IMG/VR virus record: IMGVR_UViG_3300004369_000007
Strand: one strand, 5' to 3'
DNA length: 20,000 nt
DNA from: an uncultured virus (IMG/VR IMGVR_UViG_3300004369_000007)
Taxonomy: Duplodnaviria > Heunggongvirae > Uroviricota > Caudoviricetes
The translations under genes and the position numbers were made by a program. Each line of letters starts with the position of its first letter. Positions within the stretch are counted from its first letter, which is position 1. Below are positions 15,044-20,000 of the stretch, piece by piece. The notes beneath the pieces are model-generated. The model was not told the origin of the DNA. It worked only from the letters and a program-made list of their open reading frames with translations, and ran no database searches.

Positions 15044-17494
15044 ATGGTTGAATTAACAACTGAAGAAAAGGAAATGCTAGACCTTAGCCGTGAAAGACTT
15101 GAAGGATTAGCGAGAGCAGAAAACGCCGAGAAAAGAACGGAGATGCGTTCTATTTTAACTCGCTTTACCGATTCCCTTAGAGATAATGCTCGGCTAATTG
15201 AAGATGCTTCTGAAAGAGAAAAAGCCCTATCGGATATTGCTGAGAAAGGAAAAGCAGCAAGAAAATATATTACAGAACAATTGAAAACCAAGCCTATGAA
15301 ACAGGAACGGGCGGCTCAACAACAGACTTCGGGAATAGTTTCAGATATTATGTCTTTAAATCTATATAATCAAGGGGCAAGGGTTACTACTAATCAATTA
15401 CTAAATCAAAAAATTAGAGGAAGCATTGATGTTAGGAGTCCTAAAGCAGAACCGATGGAAATGATAAATACTATGCTTAGTCCTGATTCAAAAATTAATG
15501 AAGAATTAAGATATAATCTTGAAAAGATAAAAGAAGTTCTTGAAGATAGATTAGAAACTGCTCAATATAAGTCTTTTACTATTGATATTAATAATGTTCT
15601 AGGAGCGATTGATGTTTCTAAGAAAAGTAATCGTATTGAATTATATAATTACTGGGCAAAAATTGGTGGCTTATATGAACAGTTTGAAGAAGATATGGCT
15701 AACTTCTTTATTGAAATTAGAGAAATTGAATGGGATGAGGCTACTCAATCTAAGTTTGATGATTTGTCTCGTCGGTTTAATGATTTAAATTTAGAATATA
15801 TTGTTAAGTTTGATAATGTTAAACATGGCTTTGAGTCTGGTTATAATCGTTTCTTTAATGCTATTTCTTATAAACTGGCTATGGATAGAATGCTTACTAA
15901 AGAAACTGATATAGGAAATTACGAAGACGATGAATTTGATGCCGCAGATGTGAACCAAGACTTATTACAGGATATGAGCAGTTCTCTTTCTAGAGGTAGT
16001 GATGAAGGCGAAACTGTTGATTTATCTGAATTGGGAGAAGAATACACTTGGGAAGAGGAAATAGAAAGAATTAAAGAAGCAACTGACCCTTTATTGATGT
16101 ATGAATATAACCGAGGAGAAAAGTTAATTGCTATTACTGAAGATATGGAAAGAGAAATTCTTGAAGTTCTTGATGATATTTTAGATAGTTTGGATGAAGG
16201 AGAAGGAGTTACTTTAGAAACTACTAGAGATGTTGAAGAATGGTTAGAGCAAGTTGAAGATACCCTGATTCTTGATGAAGGCGAAGTTGATGTTATGGCT
16301 TTGCCTATTTCTGTTCTTAATAATGCTAAGTTTAATCAAATGTATAAAGACGATGTATTCCCTTCTTTTGTTGATGGAGAAAAAATTGGTGTTGAAAATA
16401 TTGATAACATTAAAGACTTCTTTAATGACTTATATGATATTTTAAGTGATGAAGATTTCCGAATGGAGGTTGAAGCCCGAAGTTCCAAAGGAAGAGGAAG
16501 AGGTAGTGATTTTGAAGCAAGAGAAGCACAAGGTTCAACCGTTGGTTTAATCGGTGGGGCAAAGGTTCCCTTGTCTTTAAATCAAAAAGGTTCTCTAAGA
16601 GGAGAATTAGAAGGTTTTAAAAGTGACTTGCAGAAGATGATGGATTCTGCTATTGCTTATTACTTTGACCCGATTTATAGTGGTATGCTACCTATTGAAA
16701 TGCCTAATTTTGCTTCTAGTATTGGTGCAAAGGTTATGCAAACCTTAAGTCTTGATTTGGGCTTAGATACTGTTATGTCTGGTGCGTATGATACTCTTTT
16801 TGAAGGTTCAAGGGAAGAAATTGATGTTGGGGATATGAATGCAATTGCTGATTTCCTCAATGTTATCTTTATGCCCGAAGTTATAATTGATTCTGGTTTG
16901 ATTACTGATGGTGAAGAGTTTGCTGACGCATTAACTGAAATTTTTGGTCAAAACACTCAAGAGAAAAACAATAATTATGCTGCCGCACTATTGCATCATT
17001 ATATGCGAGAAACTGGAAACATGGAAAAAGAAAATAAAGACTTTGATGGTAAGTCTATTAAGGAAAGAGCCGAGAAATTTTACGAAGACTTCAAAGCACG
17101 AAAACCTTTCCCTGTTTTCGCTTTGCCTCATTGGTTAGACATGAATCAAGGTATTCTTACGAAAAAATCTCCTGCTTCTAAGAAAGCATATAATAATTTG
17201 AAGGCTATCTTTGAGTCGGCTCAAGTGGACTTACCTGTTCTTCTTCACAAGTTATTAAAGGCTCACGATGCAATTAGAGAACAATTAGGAAAGCCAGTTA
17301 TCTACGGACAAATTCCTCTTAATGACTACGGTATCAATAAGATGATTACTAAACTTCAAGTTGATGATAATATTGACTTGACTTCATTTGAGGTAGAACA
17401 AATTATTAAGGCTGTGGATTCTCACCAAAATATTTCAAGAGAATATGGTATTAGTAGTGAACAGGTTTATCTAATTAAAGCATCTTTTAGGTGA
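15044..17494 (+). CDS. large acidic hypothetical protein (816 aa) with possible C-terminal HTH
   Basis: Long ORF, GAGG RBS, D/E-rich centre. The C-terminal SHQNISREYGISSEQVYLIK resembles a helix-turn-helix. Confidence 0.85.
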   Translation: MVELTTEEKEMLDLSRERLEGLARAENAEKRTEMRSILTRFTDSLRDNARLIEDASEREKALSDIAEKGKAARKYITEQLKTKPMKQERAAQQQTSGIVSDIMSLNLYNQGARVTTNQLLNQKIRGSIDVRSPKAEPMEMINTMLSPDSKINEELRYNLEKIKEVLEDRLETAQYKSFTIDINNVLGAIDVSKKSNRIELYNYWAKIGGLYEQFEEDMANFFIEIREIEWDEATQSKFDDLSRRFNDLNLEYIVKFDNVKHGFESGYNRFFNAISYKLAMDRMLTKETDIGNYEDDEFDAADVNQDLLQDMSSSLSRGSDEGETVDLSELGEEYTWEEEIERIKEATDPLLMYEYNRGEKLIAITEDMEREILEVLDDILDSLDEGEGVTLETTRDVEEWLEQVEDTLILDEGEVDVMALPISVLNNAKFNQMYKDDVFPSFVDGEKIGVENIDNIKDFFNDLYDILSDEDFRMEVEARSSKGRGRGSDFEAREAQGSTVGLIGGAKVPLSLNQKGSLRGELEGFKSDLQKMMDSAIAYYFDPIYSGMLPIEMPNFASSIGAKVMQTLSLDLGLDTVMSGAYDTLFEGSREEIDVGDMNAIADFLNVIFMPEVIIDSGLITDGEEFADALTEIFGQNTQEKNNNYAAALLHHYMRETGNMEKENKDFDGKSIKERAEKFYEDFKARKPFPVFALPHWLDMNQGILTKKSPASKKAYNNLKAIFESAQVDLPVLLHKLLKAHDAIREQLGKPVIYGQIPLNDYGINKMITKLQVDDNIDLTSFEVEQIIKAVDSHQNISREYGISSEQVYLIKASFR

Positions 17495-17500
17495 TGCTAT

Positions 17501-19624
17501 ATGCCCAAGGTTCTCCCTGCGATTTTTTCATATGAAGATATGAAAAGAAAGTTTGCTCAGGATAATCCTGACGACCCCTATACTCGCAGAAAGGATTTAG
17601 AAACTGGTCTTTATGCTTTAGATAACTGGCTCATTCGTGTTGATGATGATAATAAAGCAATATCAACAGTTGGCTTCAAAGAACACCCATCACATACTGT
17701 TGTTGGTGGAATGTATGCTAGTGCTAAAGGAAGAGAAATAGGTGGAAATAATCGTGCATTACAGGATGCGAGAGAGCCACAGTTAAATCAATCTAAACCT
17801 TTAGTTGCTGCTTTTGGACATAGAGATGGTGATAATGCTCGTTGGATTTCTACTGCAAAGCAGAATGGATGGATTTTTCCAGATAGCGAGAATTGGGAAC
17901 AGGCAAAACAAATGCTTCCCGAATCGGTAGTTAATGAATGGGATAGTGCATATCCTAATGGTAATTGGGCTATTCGCTCTATTCGTGGTGAAGGTGAGTT
18001 TGCTAAGTGTGTTTATCTTGACGACCCTACTCCATCATGGTTTAATCTTCTCAAATACTTACCCGATAACACTTGGGATGATTTTGAGTTGGGAGAACCT
18101 GCACCTGACTTGGGAACAAGAGACAGATTCAAAGACAAAAATATCAAGTCAAAAGGTAAAGCAGAATATAAGGCATTTGTCTCTCAGCAATATTTAAGGC
18201 AGGTCAGCGACAGAATACCAAATGCGGGAACTTCTTTAATGAAAGGTTGGTTAGAAAAATTAACTGAGATGAATTTAAAGAAAGGTAAATACTGGTTTTT
18301 TGGAACAAATGTGAAACAAGACAACACATATGTTATGATTGATGTTATTGAAAAAGGGGAGCCTTATACCGCCAATGCAGATAAAAAACTCAATTTGGAA
18401 GGATTTGAAACTGCTATTATTTTTACAGGCGTTAGCAAAGAAATGGTTGGTAAAGTCAAAAGAGGACAAGGTATTCCAGAAGGAAGAAAATTTCTTGACA
18501 TTCATGGAAAATATGGGGTGAGAGGATTGGGAAGAAAAGAAAGAAGATTTTCAAAAGAACCAAATAATATTTTCCCTACTTTTGAGAAGTCTTGGGAAGA
18601 AATTTTAAAACTTCGTCTTGATAATACATTTGAAGATGGTGAGGATGATGAGGGAAATGAATTAATTAGTCCTGATAGAGTTGATGAAGACCAACCAATT
18701 TATTGGAGTTCTAATTACAATTTGCTTATTAGACCACATTATGAAGACATGGTAGAAGTAAGATTTTCTGACCACCCCGATAACAATAATGAAAAATTAG
18801 CAGAAATATCTGCTAAACTTCAAGAAAATCCAGCATATAGGCCTGGGTGGTTTTATGTCAATGATGACCTATCAGACCATTCTTATATTACATTCAGAGT
18901 ATATAGGCCAAATGAGGTATATGAGGGAAAAACAGTAGATAAGAAAAGAAGCCTATTTAGAAATAAAAAACCAAATAATGTGTATTTCTTAGACAGTATT
19001 AGGAGTCATGGAATGGGCTATCCTGTTAGACAACAATACAAACATTTTCACGACCTTTGGGGAACGGGCGTAAAAGAAGGCCACCTTGAAGGAGATTCTG
19101 AAATGGACACTTATTTAAGAGCAGAAGAAAAAAGAAAAGAAAGGCAAAGGAAAGAACGCTCAAAAATAAGTTTAGAAGAAGACGAAAAAAGAAGGGAAGA
19201 TAGGAAAAGAGAAAGAGAATATTTAGAATCTAAACCTGTAAAAAAACTTGCTAAAGAAAGAAAAGAACTCATTAATAGAATGCAATCAGAGCATGACCAA
19301 GTTGAAATAAATATAGTTAATACTTCTCAAGGAAAAAAGACACGAGAATTTAATGTAAATAGCGCAAAAAAGAAACTTAAAGAGTTAGAAAATATTGAAC
19401 CTATGGTAAATCAATATGCTGATAACTATACAGGAAAAGAAAAAAATAAAGAAAAAGAAGTTAATAAATATAGAACTATGTTAAATGAAGAAAAAAAATA
19501 TCTTGAAGTATTTATTGAAGAAAAACTTAAAAGGCTTAAGAATTATAAAGAAAAGTTAGATGAACTTAATCAAAGGATTAAAGAAGAAAAACAAAAGTTA
19601 TGGAAGCAGTTTTTAAAGAGATGA
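17501..19624 (+). CDS. multidomain hypothetical protein (707 aa), possible N-terminal GNAT-like domain, charged coiled-coil C-terminus
   Basis: AGGTGA RBS. Internal SWFNLLK and SWEEILK, and terminal LWKQFLKR. Confidence 0.8.
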   Translation: MPKVLPAIFSYEDMKRKFAQDNPDDPYTRRKDLETGLYALDNWLIRVDDDNKAISTVGFKEHPSHTVVGGMYASAKGREIGGNNRALQDAREPQLNQSKPLVAAFGHRDGDNARWISTAKQNGWIFPDSENWEQAKQMLPESVVNEWDSAYPNGNWAIRSIRGEGEFAKCVYLDDPTPSWFNLLKYLPDNTWDDFELGEPAPDLGTRDRFKDKNIKSKGKAEYKAFVSQQYLRQVSDRIPNAGTSLMKGWLEKLTEMNLKKGKYWFFGTNVKQDNTYVMIDVIEKGEPYTANADKKLNLEGFETAIIFTGVSKEMVGKVKRGQGIPEGRKFLDIHGKYGVRGLGRKERRFSKEPNNIFPTFEKSWEEILKLRLDNTFEDGEDDEGNELISPDRVDEDQPIYWSSNYNLLIRPHYEDMVEVRFSDHPDNNNEKLAEISAKLQENPAYRPGWFYVNDDLSDHSYITFRVYRPNEVYEGKTVDKKRSLFRNKKPNNVYFLDSIRSHGMGYPVRQQYKHFHDLWGTGVKEGHLEGDSEMDTYLRAEEKRKERQRKERSKISLEEDEKRREDRKREREYLESKPVKKLAKERKELINRMQSEHDQVEINIVNTSQGKKTREFNVNSAKKKLKELENIEPMVNQYADNYTGKEKNKEKEVNKYRTMLNEEKKYLEVFIEEKLKRLKNYKEKLDELNQRIKEEKQKLWKQFLKR

Positions 19625-19628
19625 TTTT

Positions 19629-20000
19629 ATGGAACTAGAAGCCTTTAATTTTGAACATGAAATGGATATGCGATTATCCCGCAATTCATTTCCATATTTC
19701 TTTCAAAATGTATTGGGTTTTGACTTTCCTTCTTACATTCAAGAATGGTATGATTTAATGAATCAAACTCAAAGAACAGTTATTATTTGTAGTCGTGACC
19801 ACGGAAAATCTGTATTTATGCACAGTTGGGTTGTATGGAAATTAATTTTTGAAGAGCCACCATATCAAATGCTTTACATTTCTTCTAACCAAAAGCAGAC
19901 CCTCGTTCACATGAGAGACATTGATAAGATGTTCACACACCCAATGCTCAAAAAGTTTAAACCCGCAAGAGGTTGGGCTATCGGAAACATTACCTTAACC
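19629..20000 (+). CDS. terL: terminase large subunit, N-terminal ATPase part (runs off window end)
   Basis: Manual translation: MELEAFNFEHEMDMRLSRNSFPYFFQNVLGFDFPSYIQEWYDLMNQTQRTVIICSRDHGKSVFMHSWVVWKLIFEEPPYQMLYISSNQKQT... It has a terminase-type Walker A (SRDHGKS) and a downstream YISSNQKQT strand. Confidence 0.88.
   Translation, partial: MELEAFNFEHEMDMRLSRNSFPYFFQNVLGFDFPSYIQEWYDLMNQTQRTVIICSRDHGKSVFMHSWVVWKLIFEEPPYQMLYISSNQKQTLVHMRDIDKMFTHPMLKKFKPARGWAIGNITLT

Noticed and set aside
12763..17494. Assigning the 759-aa and 816-aa proteins as portal, tape measure or RNA polymerase
   Set aside because: No diagnostic motifs recognised, so both are left hypothetical.
6452..18521. Minus-strand and nested ORFs in the late region (e.g. 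6452-, 8006-, 11208-, 13098-, 14962-, 17934+)
   Set aside because: Antisense or frame shadows of tightly packed, RBS-supported plus-strand genes.

Overview
This window looks like part of a tailed dsDNA virus (Caudoviricetes) genome, most likely infecting an archaeon. The basis is GGTGA/GAGGTGA-type RBS, TATA-like boxes about 23-26 nt before leaderless ATGs, a PCNA-type PIP box and a CxxC-HTH-HxxxH TerS-like protein. A marine Euryarchaeota virus (Magrovirus-like) is my inference, not a database result. The left arm (minus strand) carries the 5' part of a UvrD/Rep-type SF1 helicase, small ORFs and tRNA-Leu(TAA). Positions 1920-2650 are non-coding with clustered GAGAC/GTCTC motifs. Positions 2650-5975 form the most striking feature: nine copies of the palindrome ACCATATGGT (8 exact), usually inside CAAAG...CTTTG arms. 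The copies split the region into single-gene units in both orientations, with TATA-like promoters and often a UUCG hairpin. One unit looks like a structured ncRNA. From 6100 to 20000 all genes are on the plus strand. About a dozen otherwise unrelated proteins share a short 'M(S)WxDI(L/I)K' tag, which also recurs inside and at the ends of large proteins, and several are preceded by duplicated junction DNA. A putative terminase small subunit, three large hypothetical proteins and the 5' end of the terminase large subunit follow.
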